Part shown: one piece after another, positions 31,950-45,432 of the stretch | Numbering within the stretch: position 1 is the stretch's first letter | How the letters are laid out: each line of letters begins with the position of its first letter | Assembly: GCF_009914755.1 (NCBI RefSeq) | Contig: NC_060941.1 | DNA length: 64,000 nt | Direction: 5' to 3' (one strand) | Origin: the human T2T-CHM13v2.0 reference genome, Homo sapiens | Program-made: the position numbers and the translations under genes | The notes under the pieces: generated by a model | What the model saw: only the letters and a program-made list of their open reading frames with translations | What the model was told of the DNA's origin: nothing | Databases searched by the model: none

Positions 31950-33555
31950 CCCTTATAGAATATTATCAATTTTTAAAAGCATTTTTGTTATTTTGTTTTT
32001 TATATTTAAATATTTTATGTAATTTATTTTGGTGTAGAGTGTGAGGTCTGGATCCGCCTTATTTATTTATTTTTTTAGATGGTTAAACTTTGTCTTAACA
32101 CTACTTGTTGAATAATCTGTGTTTTCCTAGCTAACTTGAAATGGCGTTGTATCCTATTAAAAAAATTCTCCTGTTTCCCTGGTCTGTTTCTGGGCTTTCT
32201 GGTTCATTCTATTGATGTCTACTTATGGATGTTCCAGCTGGTGACTGCTGTTTTAGTGATTTGTTGAGCACTTACTGTTCTCTGTGTGTGGTTTTATCTT
32301 ATTTTTATTTTTTTGAAAAACTTAAGATATAAATCTCTTACCCTAAAACTCACTATTTTAATGTACATGATTCAGTGGTTTTTAATATATTCAAAATGTT
32401 GTACAACTATCATTATTGTCTAATTACTGGACCTTTCCATCACCTCAAAAGGTTAGCAGTCGCTCTCAACTCTCCCCTAACACCACCAGTCCCCCTACCA
32501 GTAACTCACAACCACTAATCTTTGTGGTTCCATAGATTTGCCTATTTAGAACATTTTAGATAAACGGAATCACACCATATATAGCCTTTGTATTTGGCTT
32601 CTTTCACTTAGCATAAGATTTTCAAAGTTCATCTACATTTTAGCATGTATCAGCACTTCATTCCTTTTTATGGTGCAGTAATATTCCATTGAATGATTAT
32701 GCCACAGTTTGTTTATGCATTCATCAATTAGTAGATATTTGTGTTGTTTGTACTTTTTGGTTATTATGAATAATGCTGTTATGAACATTTACGTGCAAAC
32801 TTTTGTTTGAGCACACATTTTCAATTCTCTTGGATTCATATCCAGTAGTGGAATTGCTGGACCACATGGTAAATCTTAACATTTTGAGGAGGCACCAGAC
32901 TGTTTACCACAGTGTTGAACCATTTTACATTCTGACTAGAAAGGCATGAAGACTTCAATACATCCACATATTCACCAACATTATTTTCTGTTTTTATTTA
33001 TTTGTTGTTTTTATTATTGTTGTTGTTTATAGCCATCCTAGTTGGTATGAAGTTGTATCTGATTGTGGTTTTGATTTGCATTTCTCTAATGTCTAATAAT
33101 ATTGAGCATCTTCTTATGTGCCTATTGGACATTTGTATATCTTGTTTAGACTAATGTCTATTCAAATCTTTTGTGTATTTTAAAATTGGGCTATTTATCT
33201 TCTTATGTCAAGTTTCAAATTTTAAAAAATATATTCTAGATATTAGACCCTTATTATATGTTTGATTTACAAATATTTTCTCTTATTCTGTGCATTCTTT
33301 GTTCACTTCTTTGATAGTGTTCACTGACACACAAAAGTTTTTAATTTTGATGAAGTTCAGCTTGTCAGTTTCTCCTTGTTTGTGCTTTCGGTATAATGTT
33401 TAAGAAAGGTAACTAAGATTTACACCTATATTCCTTTTTAAGAGATTTCTAGCTTTACCTCTTACATTTACATTTTGGGTCCATTTTGAGTTAACTTTTG
33501 TATATGGTGTGAGGTAGGGGTCCAATTTTATTCTTTTTCATATGGATATCTTAAG
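31950..33555 (-). mobile_element. Old LINE-1 (L1MB-like 3' region plus an older L1M piece)
   Basis: Antisense L1M text (GGCTTCTTTCACTTAGCATAA, GTGGTTTTGATTTGCATTTCTCTAATG, GGTGTGAGGTAGGGGTCCAA). Confidence 0.85.
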
Positions 33556-34139
33556 CTGCCCTCTCGTCTTGTACTTTTGTGTTGAGAAAAGGTCTATCAG
33601 AGTCTTGGCAACTAAGCAATTTTCAAATTAGGAATCTGATTACTTAAATTCAGTATTAAACATGTGTAGCTGGAACCATGATTTGGATGCCAATTGTTAT
33701 GAAACAGACTCTCATTCTTACAAACCCCAAGGACTCTTAAATCATCATGATGGCTTTTCTGTATAGAATTCTGAGACTTCAGATGATGTGCCAGTGGAGG
33801 AGCCATTGGCTAGGACAGAGACATCTTTTAGGCAGATGGAGATTTTGGCTGAAATGGCATTTGAATAATGGAATGCGGCTTGCAGGGATCTTGCAACATT
33901 GAGTCCTGGGACTGAAGAGGGATAATGTAATGACATGGTCAGTTCATGGCCCAAGTTCAGGGAGGGCAGCAGGCTTTCCTCTGGGGAGTGTCTCTCTTCT
34001 TTCCTGCATGCCATAGGCACTTAAAAATATGAGACATATCAGACTCAGAAACATGCTAAAAATTCCACCATTTCCAGAAAAGGAGATGCAGAGATTAAAG
34101 TGAGTGGCATTAAGAGATTTTATTCTTATTCAGTAATAG

Positions 34140-34491
<352 letters not shown>

Positions 34492-37084
34492 ACTGTTTCT
34501 TTTCAAAACACAATGAAAAGTCAGGTTTCTGAGAGCTTTGGTGGGGATGCCCCATTTTTACAGCCACCTCACTACTCTTAAATTTGATTACTATTACGTG
34601 TCCAAAATTAAATTAGGATCAATATTTGTGGCAAGTCCCCTTCATCTCTACTGACAAAAAAGTTGTCATTGGAGAGTGGTTAAAATGTGAGGCCTCCTTG
34701 ACCCTTGGGGCTCAGCCCAAAAGGTCCCACACAGACAGATCCTTTGAATAAGGTTAAAGGGCTATTTATTCCTCTGACTTGCTGTTTCATATGAAACAAA
34801 TGTGAATTGTCCTGGCCCATGTCCAAGGGTCTAGAATGGAATGTTGTGTCACCCCTTAGGGTGATAGGAGTTAGGTTTCCATGAAATGAAGACTGCCCAT
34901 CTGCCACCAAATGCCAGTCCTAAGGGTGTAACCTTCCTAGAGAAGGGACCACTTGTTCCCTTTGCATAAATAAAGCCCATGCTATTTATGTGGCACTGTG
35001 TGCCAGTTTCTAGCAGGGCTGAGGGGACTTCAGCGTGCCACAGTAGGACAGCGTCCAAGGCACCAGCTGCCCACGTTCTGCGGCCATTCTGAGAACACAG
35101 TGGCTTTAAACATTGGATAGAAAGGTGACAAAGGAATGAAGAGCCAGGGACTCTTTTTTACCCTCTGCATAAACCAAAGGAACCCCTTTATTCTGAGAAC
35201 TTGTTCTGTTGGCTCTGAGACTTTTTTCCCAGCCTATTTCTCCCAGTCACTTATTTGTTCATTGCAAATGACAATAAACATCTGAGTGGCATTTATTCTG
35301 ATTACTGTTTTAAATTTCTGGTAGAAAACACAGACTTACAGCTTTAGTAAACTCCTACTGTGAAAGAAGTATTTATTATCTTTACTCAGGTATCATAAGA
35401 CACCATGTCCTGGCATGCAGACATAAATACATGCAGTCGCCCCTGCTATCTGATGTTTACGGCAACAGGGATTAATAGTTCTGTTATTCTCCAGCTAAGT
35501 ACAAACATAATAACAGTTTGGGTTAATATGTACAGTTTTACCCCCACAAGTGAGGTTACTAAAGAAACAAACATACTCTGAACATGCGGCACATGATTTT
35601 AGAAACAAGATTCTCATTTTATCTAAAACACAGACCAATACTGCAGTTGAGATGGAGGGAATCTCATTTAGCTACCTGAAATACCTGCAGTACCAAAATC
35701 TAATTTCCAGCCTTTTTGAAAAACAAAGCCCAAGGTCTGTTATTCACTGATCATATTTTAAATCTTGACTACCACCAACTTTTGTTACATGAAACGGAGA
35801 TAGCCATATATCTTCGTTTAAATTTTTTATGCTTTAGAATTTTATACTTTGTGCTAGAAATCACTGCTCTTAAACCACATGGGCTAGGTTTAATGTTCAT
35901 AATCTGTCTACCTTATTACATACAGCTTGAAATACTTTTCTACCTTTTTTTCTGTTTTCCTCCACTGAATTCAAATACATTTATTAAATTAATAGCCCTT
36001 GAAAATGAAAAAAAATTTGAGATAATTAGCAAGCAGTAATGTCTATCACTGTGTGTCAGTAATAATGAAGTTTCCATAGTAGAAGCTTGAAGTATCTGTG
36101 AATTGTCATAAATTGTTTTTCAACTCTAGGGAGGTGATGATGATGGTGATACTTTGGCTAACATTTATTGAGTGCTGACCAGGAGCCAAATACATGCTAA
36201 TAATAGGCTTTCTGGGTTTTACCTTATTTAATCATTATGATTGGATGATAAGGTCTGGAACTCTTATCAGCTGTATATCACACATGAGGAAATGGAGGCC
36301 GGAGAGCCTTGGGAACCTGTCCCAAATTGCCTAAGGAGTAAATGACTGGACCAAGTGGTCTGAGATCAAGATCTGCCCTCTTCATCTAATTCCTTATATG
36401 TTTACCAGATTCTATAGCTTATAAAATGCTCTTGGGTCTTTTATTTTATTGTGTACTTTGCAAGGGATGATATTTAGCATTTTGTAAGCAAATATTGGTG
36501 ATCGGAAACCACATCTGTATTTACCATCCAAACAACTGCACAGTAAGAATCATTTCAAGAAGCCATCAGCTGTTCTCCTCTAGATGAGATTTGTCTGTGA
36601 GTGACTGTGGACGATGATAGAACCACATGCCAGCCCCTGCAACACACTGATAAAGTATGTGGATCCATCGAATAGTCAGTAGCTGCCTTTGCAGAGATGG
36701 CAGAAATTAAAGCTGGACTGAAGCTGGAGAATGTGAAAGCAACACTGGCTCATAAACGGTATTCTGGGGGAACCTAACGTAATTCAATGGTAGTTGCAGA
36801 TGAGGAAGTGAATGGTGAGAATGGGCTAAGTTAAGCATTGGCTTCACATTCAGAAGTGTGTCCAGGGGTCTAGAGAAGTCACTGGTACCAGTCTCATGGG
36901 GCCATGAATGCGAGCAAGTGGGGAAGATGTCTCCACAACCCTGAAGGTGATTTAACCAGCATTTCCTGCAGAGCTCCAATGAAACCATCAGGTGGCTGTA
37001 TTTTCCAATCCACATTCTTTTTAGTATTCCTATCATAACCAAACCAGAGCAAAACAGCTTTAATATACAAGTATGGCTTTGCTG

Positions 37085-37362
37085 TTTCTTTTCCTTCCTT
37101 CCTTCCTCTTTCCTTCCTTCCTCCCTCCCACCTTCCTTCCTCCCTCCTTCCTTTCCTCCTACCTTCCTTCTTTGCTCCCTCCCTCCCTCTTCCCTCCCTC
37201 CCTCCTTCCTTCCTCTCACCCCTCTCTCCCTCCCCTCCTTTTCCTTCCTTCCTTCCTTCCTCTCCTCCCCTCCCTACTTCCTTCCTCTCCCCGCTCTCTC
37301 CCTCCTGTTCTTTTTTCCTTCCTTCCTTCCTTCCTTCTTTCCCTCCTTCCTTTTTTCCCTTT
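37085..37362 (+). repeat. Polypyrimidine (CCTT/CCCT)n low-complexity tract
   Basis: About 275 bp almost exclusively C/T. Confidence 0.95.
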
Positions 37363-37578
37363 ATATATTTTTAAAGGCATAGTGGAAAGATCCAAGACTT
37401 TGGAGCCAGATAGCCTACTATGCACATCAGGCTCAGACACTTATGAGGTATCTACCTTGCTTTTTTAAGTCTCAGTTTCTTTATTTAAAAAAACGTGAAA
37501 TTACTCAACCATTTCACTAAGGCATCAAAGAATAGAAGAGGCTGATTCCTGGTATATAAGCAGTTGCTTAATTAATGA

Positions 37579-38850
37579 TGTTTGTTTTTTATTTCTTCTT
37601 TCCCTAAAAAAAAAAAAAAAGACTCTATTGGTGAGAAATCTGAAGTAAATAGCATACTCTTCAAAATGAGGACCATTTTTTTAAAACATTTAGTGAATAC
37701 CAACTGAGCATCAGATGCTGGAGTTACAGAGAATCTGATGGTTAACTGAGAGAGACATCAAGTCAGAGTAGTTCGGATAATCTCCCCAGTGTGTGAAGCG
37801 CAGTGAGAGCCCAGAGAATGGGGCTGACTCCTGCCAGAGAGATTACAGATTCCTCCCTCAGTGTGAACCACGGAGAACAACCTGGTGTTGGCAGGAGAAT
37901 GGGAAGTGGATGAAGATATATGGGAAGAGCCAGCCAGGTGCATGTTGTGTGCAGGGAACTGTGGTGGCTGGAGATGAACATCATTGTCATGAATAGGTTA
38001 AGAGGTCAAGCTGGGAAAACAAGAGGCAAGAGATGTTCCAACATCTTCTTCACAGCTCTGTGCTCGTCTATGCTAATGTGGGCATCATGTTACTAACAGG
38101 AACAGAGCATAGGAGAGCTTCACCATGCTTTGAGGACCCTTGGTGAGGCTGCTTCATTTGGCTAGAACGTGTGTGAGGGGGAAATTGAGACTGAAGCTCC
38201 ACACTCAGAGCGAAACAATGACAAAAGCTTATTACACAGTGCAGATAAATGGGGAGACAGCACCCAAAGAGGGGTCTTCAAGGCCAAAGTGGGGGATGTG
38301 AAAAATGAAGTTAGTCGTCATCAGAGACAAATAAGCAGAATGCATGTGAAGTCAAATATTGGGTTTGGGACACGCAGGTTTGCAGGTATGGGAGCTGGCA
38401 CCGAGGCCAAGGAACACCTGATTGTGATGGTCACAAAGGTGCTGAGTAAATCAAGTTTTATGATCTTCAGTTGCATGTCCAGTCTATAATGTCATGTTTC
38501 AACATGGAGATTAGCATTTTTTGGTGCTAACATGTCAGCTATGACTGGCTGTTCTCATGTATCTTCATCCACTTCCCATTCTGCTGCCAACACCAGGTTG
38601 TTTTCTGTGGTTCACGCTGAGGGGGGAATCTATGATCTCTCTCAGGGGAGTCAGCCCCACTCTCTGGGCTCAGTGCATTTCACACACTGGGGAGATGATC
38701 TGAGCTACTCTGTGACTCAGTGTCTCTCTCAGTTAACCATCAGGTTCTCTGTAACTCCAGCATCAGACATTCAGTGGACATTCACTAAATGTTTAACAAA
38801 ATGGTCCTTGTTTGAAAGAGTATGCTATGTACTTTAGATTTCTCACCAAT

Positions 38851-38886
<36 letters not shown>

Positions 38887-38914
38887 GTAAAGAAGAACTT
38901 GGCACAAACAAACA
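37579..38914. repeat. Long inverted repeat: arms ~37579-37946 and ~38529-38914, spacer ~580 bp
   Basis: Core 37626-37936 aligns to the reverse complement of 38542-38851 at roughly 85%; poly-A/poly-T tracts and outer flanks are also mirrored. Confidence 0.95.
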
Positions 38915-39014
38915 GGTTAGAAGTAGACCCCTAAAGATCCTAAACTCCTGCCCCAGGGAGTCCAAAGATATAGGAGAACCAGACCCACGCTGTAAGTCTC
39001 CCACTCTTTTAAAC

Positions 39015-40980
39015 AATTTTTAAAGTTTTAATTTTTGTGGGTAGATAGTAGGTGTATATATTTTTGGGGTACGTGAGACATTTTGATACAGGCATGCAAT
39101 GTGAAATAAGCACATCATGGAGAATGAGGTATCTGTGCCCTCAAGCATTTATCCTTCATGTTACAAAGAATCCAATTACACTCTTTAAGCTATTTTAAAA
39201 TGTACACTTAAGTTATTGTTGACTGTAGTCAACCTGTTGTGCTATCAAATAGTAGGTCTTATGATCTTATTCTTTCTATTTTTTTTGTACCCATTCACCA
39301 TTCCCACCACCCCTGCAAGTCCCCCACTACCCTTGCTAGCCTCTGGTAACCAACCACCCTTCTACACTCTTTGTCCATGAGTTCAATTGTTTTCATTTTT
39401 AGATCCCACAAATAGGTGAGAACAAGTGATGTTTGTCTTTCTGTGCCTGGCTTATTTCACTTAACATAATCATCTCTAGTTCCATCCATATCATTGCAAA
39501 CGACTGGATCTTATTCTTTTTTATGGCTGGATAGTACTCCACTGTGTATATGTACCACATTTTCCTTATCCATTCATCTTACTCCATTGTATATATGTAC
39601 TACATTTTCTTCATCTATTCTTCTGTTGATAGGCACTTAGGTTGCTTCCAAATCTTAGTTATCATAAACAGTGCTGCAACAAATACAGGAGTGCAGATAT
39701 CTCTTCGATATACTGATTTCCTTTCTTTTAGGTATATACCCAGCAGTAGGATTACTGGGTCATATGATAGCTCAAGTTTTAGGTTTTTGAGGAACATTCA
39801 AACTGTTCTCCATAGTAGTTGTACTAATTTACATTCCCACCAACAGTGTAAAAGGGTTCTCCTTTCTCCACATTCTTTCCAGCATTTGTTATTGTAGTCT
39901 TTTGGATATAAACCATTTTAACTGGGACGAGATGATATCTCATTGCAGTTTTGATTAGCACTTCTCTGATGATCAGTGATGTTGAGCATCTTTTCATATA
40001 TCTGTTTGCTACTTGTATGTCTTCTTTTTAGAAATGTCTATCCAATTTTTTGGCCCATTTTTTGATAGGATTATTAGATTATTTTCCTATAGAGTTGTAT
40101 AAGCTCCTTATATATTCTTGTTTTTCATCTCTTGTCAGAGGGGTAGTTTGCAAATGTTTTTTTCCCATTATGTGCATTGTCTCTTCACTTTGTTGATTGT
40201 TTGCTTTGCTGTGAAGAAACTTTTTAACTTGATGTGATCCCATTAGTCCATGTTTGCTTTGGTTGCCTATGCTTGTGGGGCATTGCTTAAGAAATATTTG
40301 CCCAGACCAATGTCCTAGAGATTTTCCCCAATGTTTTCTTGTAGTTTCATAGTTTGATGCTTTACATTTAAATCTTTAAACTATTTTCATTTGATTTTTT
40401 ATATGGTGAGAGATGGGGGTCTAGCTTCATTCTTCTGCATATGGATTCCCATTTTCCCAGCACCATTTATTGAAGAGACCGTCTCTTCTCCAGTGTATGT
40501 TCTTGGCACCTTTGGTGGAAATGAGTTCACTGTATGTGTGTAGATTTGTTTCTGGGTCCTCTATTCTGTTCCATTGGTCTATGAGTCTGTTTTTATGTCA
40601 GTACCATGCCATTTGGGTTACTATAGCTCTGTAGTATAATTTGAAGTCAGGTAATGTGATTCCTCCAGTTTTTTTTTTCTGTTGGCTTAGAATAGCTTTC
40701 GTTATTCTGGGCCATTTTTGGTTTCATATAAATTTTAGGATGTTTTTTATTTCTGTGAAGAATGTTATTGGTATTTTGATGGGGATTGCATTGAATCTGT
40801 AGATTTCTTTGAGTAACAACAGTGTTCTTTAACAACACTGATTCTTCCAATCCATGAAAATGGAATCTTTTTCCATTTTTTTGTTTCCTCTTCAGTTTCT
40901 TTCATCAGTGTTTTATAGTTTTCATTATAGAGATCCTTCACTTCTTTGGTTAAGTTAATTCCTAGGTATTTAATTTTATT
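39015..40980 (-). mobile_element. LINE-1 (L1MA-type) 3' ~2 kb, with an internal 45-bp tandem duplication at 39535-39624
   Basis: L1MA 3'UTR (GGGGTACGTGAGACATTTTGATACAGGCATGCAATG) and ORF2 remnants ([13 protein letters not shown]...KIWKQPKC). Confidence 0.92.
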
Positions 40981-41892
40981 TTAGCCCCCCACTCTTGAGG
41001 AGATGGGGAAGGATCCTGTCACTGGCCACATGGGAAATGCAGAGTTTGTAGTGAGAGGTTTCCCCTTTTCCCTCCCCTCACTACATCCAAGAATGGGAGA
41101 GGGAGAGAGTTTCCAAGAGAATCTGTAATAAAGATGATAGGGAGGGTGATGCCCAGAAGGGAGCACTTGCCTTCCTTTCCTTAACTGGATTTCTGCTTAG
41201 ACACTGCATTTGCTGATCTGTTCCTAAGGAAGAAGAGGATTAGAACAAACTGGTAGGGTGGGGAGAGGCATGAGGGAAGAGCAGCTGTACTCCCATCCAT
41301 TTTGTGCCAAGGGGCTGCAGTGTTTCCACAGGTCATGTGGTGGGCCACCAAGGAAGTCAACTGGGCTTGCACCATCTTGACTCCCACAAGAGCTGTCCTT
41401 AGGATGAGGAGTTGCCAGTAGCAAGAGGCCGTGGGATGCACGGATTGCTAATGGCAGAAACTGGGCTGGAAGTTCTATCTCTTAGGTTAGGAAATTGGGC
41501 AGTGGGGAGGGCCCTACGGGAAACTCACATAGGTTTCAAAAGTGAATCAGATTTTGGAAACTTGCCTCTCAGACAGCAATGAGGCCCGGTCAATGCTGGT
41601 AAGAGATGTGTTCACAGTTAACTGAGTGAGGTCTGCAGCAGCAAGGTGGTTAAGTAGAGACATCCCCATCCATCTCAGACCTTCACCTTGATTAGCCAAC
41701 ATCCTAGTTCAGCTCTGTGTTTGGGGTTGAGGATTTGAAAGTTTGTGAAAGGAAATGATAAATGACTAGAGGGGCTCGTATTCAAAGGTGGGAATAAGGG
41801 TAACAAGGGATGAGAAACTGGAAAGGGGAAGGCTGTGGCAGACCCAGGGCACCATCATACGGCACAGACTCGGACACCCACTGTGGGTTGAG

Positions 41893-42003
41893 TCAGGGCA
41901 GACTCATCTGGTTTGCTTGGAACTTTTTCAGTTTTAAAAGTTAAAGTCCTTTGTTCTGGGAACCTCTTCAGTCTTGGACCACCCCGCACAGTTGATCGCT
42001 CAA
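41893..42003. mobile_element. MER81-like hAT MITE
   Basis: CTGGTTTGCTTGGAACT...AAAGTCC...GGGAACCTCTTCAGTC...CAGTTGATCGCTC; ~110 bp. Confidence 0.55.
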
Positions 42004-42227
42004 TCTGCCAGGAATCCTAGAGTGACCTCTGGCAGAGATAGTTATATTACTCCTATCTGACATCTCAACAGCTCAAAATGGGCCAGAGCCATCAGCTTAT
42101 GTAACATTAACGTGTGGACCACTGGACTCTAAGCTGCAATGTGGATCATTAAGAGATAAGAGGAAGTATTTTTTGGCTATCGCTTTCAAAAGTCTAAAAA
42201 TATATTAACAGCTGCAAGAAATCAGCA

Positions 42228-42795
42228 TCTAAAGAACTTAAAAACAGAACTATTAATACCATTCAACCCAGTGATCCCATTACTGGGTACATACCCAGAG
42301 GAAAATAAATACTTCTGGCAAAAAGACTCATGCATTTGTACATTCATCACAGCACTATTCACAACTGCAAAGACATGGAATCAACCTAGGTGCCCATCCA
42401 CGGTGGACTGGCTAAAGAAAATGTGGTACATGTACACCATGGAATGCTATGCAGCCATAAAAAGAATGAAATCATGTCCTTTGCAGCACCATGGATGCAT
42501 CCAGAGGCCGCTATCCTAAGCAAACTAATGCAGGAACAGAAAACAAAATGCCACATGTTCTCACTTATAAGTGGGAGCTAAACACTGGATGTACACATGG
42601 ATGCGAAGATGGAAATGATAGATACTGGAGACTCTAAAAGTGGGGAGGGAGGAAGGGGAAAGGGCTGAAAACCTAGCTGTTGGGTACTATGCTCACCACC
42701 CGCATGACGGGATCAATCATACCCCAAACTTCAGCATTACACAATATGCCAACATAAGAAACCTACACATGTCCTCCCTAAATCTAAACTAAAAG
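42228..42795 (+). mobile_element. LINE-1 3' fragment (older L1PA)
   Basis: IPLLGTYPEE...ALFTTAKTWNQPRCPSTVDWLKKMW remnant and 3'UTR. Confidence 0.9.
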
Positions 42796-44892
42796 TCACA
42801 TCCACGTAAGATGTCCAGGTTAGAAGAAATGTGCAAAACACTAAATTCCAAGCTCAGCAGAAAGATTCTGGTAACAAGGTGCATAGCCAATGCACTCACT
42901 TCAGTTGCTGGGCAGTTTCTTGAGCTAGTCCTCACATTCTGAGTAAGGCATCTCATTTGTTACCCTTGATTAATATTTTTGAGAATCAAATGAGGCATTG
43001 AACAACACTAAATGCTCTACAAGGCATTAAGAAAGCCAAAAGCCCTTGACATTTTTTTTCTATTCTTTCTCCCTCATTTCAAAACAAGACGTTAATATCA
43101 CTCCAAGTTTATTGCGTAACGTAAGGGAGTGGGGGAAAACATAATGATTTCAGGAAAAGAAAGGATCTGCAATTGTTATACAATGAGGGGCAAAAGAAGC
43201 AAGAGAACAAATGATGAAATCTAATTATGCAGGGTGTTTCATCATTTTCAAAAATTGTTTTATATTTCACACAGAACTACAAAGAGAAAGGGTAAAAAAA
43301 AAAAAGTACTGGGTAAGGAAAAAGGAAAAGAGAGAAAGAGACTCCATAAGACCTCTAGTGCCTCATCTATCTGGAATTTGAATATATGGCAGTTGGGATT
43401 ATCAGTATAAACAGGAATAAGAATCAAGCAAAAATTATTTTGCCATATTCCATGTGGTTATAAATAACAGTAAGTGGCTAATTTTGTATGGTTATTTCTG
43501 TAAGCCCTGTAAAGAGAAGGCTTTCATTTGTAAATGGAAGGTTTTGAGGATTGAGTTTCCCTGTTGTTTTGTGGTTTACAAACTCCTAGACACATTTATC
43601 TACATGGCAAACCTTGAAAGAAGACCAAAATTTTAGCTATACTCTTTACCATCATTTTCTTCTCATAAACTGGAGCTGACAAAAAGAAATTGACACTATA
43701 CACGTTGCTATTTTTTCTGCATACTGATTCTCAGGCTTGGAGTTAATTTTTGCAGGGTAACCTTGGACTGTTTGTTTTATTTCATCTTTCTACTTCTCTC
43801 AGCTTTTACTAACTCCAGTCACACCAAAAACAAACAAACAAACAAAAAAACACACACACACAAAACTATGACATCAGACCAAAGTTACAAAGTTACCACA
43901 GGTCTAATCCTATTGCTAGGTAGTCATGCTTGCTGGTAAAACTGTTTTTGGCATCTTTATCACTATTCACCAAAACCATAATTATCAGGTGACATCTCCA
44001 GGTCCCCAGGGGTGGGACCTTGTTGCATGGCCTCTGCTGCAGGTCATCTCAGACACACTGAGGTTTCCTACAACTTCCTCTGAGCCTTCCTTTGTTCTTT
44101 ATTGCAGTAACTGGCTAATGCTAGATTCCAAGGTGGCATTCAAAGTCAATCTTCAAATTCCATGCCAAGTGGAGAAACATTTAATTCTGGGGTTGTTTCT
44201 AGAAGTAAAGTTTCATTTTAGCAATCTTGGCTTCTCTCAGGGTTTCTGACCTGTGACAACTGGGGTGTAAAGGACAACAAAATAATATTACATTTAAGAA
44301 CAAGTGATGGGATTAAATGTTTATTTTTCATCTAAAACTTTAAAAAAGGAAGCAAATGAGTAATTCCGTGCTGCCTTTTCACAATGTCATGTAAAATATT
44401 GAGTGTTTTTTTAAATAAAATATTTTTTCCCATTGAGTATAAAATATACACACATGAATTACTGATTTATTTTTTCACAAGACAACGTATATTCATGCCC
44501 CAGAGCTTCTTTCTCCTTTCAGATAGAAATCCCTTCTGGGTGATTCCTGAGTATTATGTGGATCACTGTGGATTTTGGCTGCAAAAGAGAACAGAGCATC
44601 CCTTTTGTAAAAGAAGTATCAACCAATGTAACAGTTTCTGCTTTTTTGCTTCCAAGTTGCTGAGATTGACCAGAAGGCTGGAGCCTAGGCCACCACTGAT
44701 AGGTTATCTCATTCACAGATGATATCCTAATGTTGGAAGTTTGCAGTGCCTTGCCCCCAAATGAAGACCCCTCCCCCGCCCAGTGATGTGTTTGGAAAAG
44801 TCTTGGAAGTAATTGCTCCTTGATTTTTTTTTTTTAGTTTCAAGTGAATAATGCAACAAAAAGCAGAAATGTGAATAATCCCATTGTAAGTC

Positions 44893-44909
44893 ACTCGCCT
44901 TCTGGTGGA
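44893..44909 (-). promoter_or_regulatory. Candidate CTCF site within a motif cluster
   Basis: Minus strand TCCACCAGAAGGCGAGT resembles CCASYAGRKGGCRS. Confidence 0.4.
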
Positions 44910-45124
44910 TTTCGGTCAGGGTCAAAGAGCAAACGGGCAGGAACTGGGCTGTTTGAATGAGCTTTGTAAACAAGGTCGTCATCAAGCCATGACTCAATAC
45001 ACAGTGAATTATCTGAAGCCTTTTAGAATTAGCAACTAACCTCCAGGAAACTGGTGCATGTTGCAATGAAGTAGCTGACCATCCAAATAGCACAGGCCAC
45101 AGCACCATGGGACATTGCATTTAT

Positions 45125-45432
45125 TAATCATTAATTAATTTATTTATTTTTGAGACAGAGTCTCGCTCTGTCACCCAGGCTGCATGGCAGTGGCATGATC
45201 TTGGCTCACTGCAACCTTTGCCTCCTGGGTTCAAGCAATTCTCCTGCCTTAACCTCTCCAGTAGCTAGAATTACAGGTGTGCGCCACCACGCCGGGCTAA
45301 TTTTTGTATTTTTAGTAGAGAGGGGGTTTTGTCATGTTGGCCAGGCTGGTCTTGAACTCCTGACCTCATGTGATCTGCCCACCTCAGCCTCTCAAAGTGC
45401 TGGGATTGCAAGCGTGAGCCACCACCCCCGGC
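45125..45432 (-). mobile_element. Alu (AluS)
   Basis: Dimeric Alu; TSD GGGACATTGCATTTA. Confidence 0.96.

Noticed and set aside
36707-37468. Arg/Glu/Gly-rich and Pro/Ser/Leu-rich ORFs
   Set aside because: Translations of the CCTT low-complexity tract
37579-38914. Interpretation of the inverted repeat as a known DNA transposon (MULE/Ricksha-like)
   Set aside because: Termini match no TIR I recognise, there is no TSD or transposase remnant, and the arms include poly-A and L2-like host sequence; kept only as an alternative in findings
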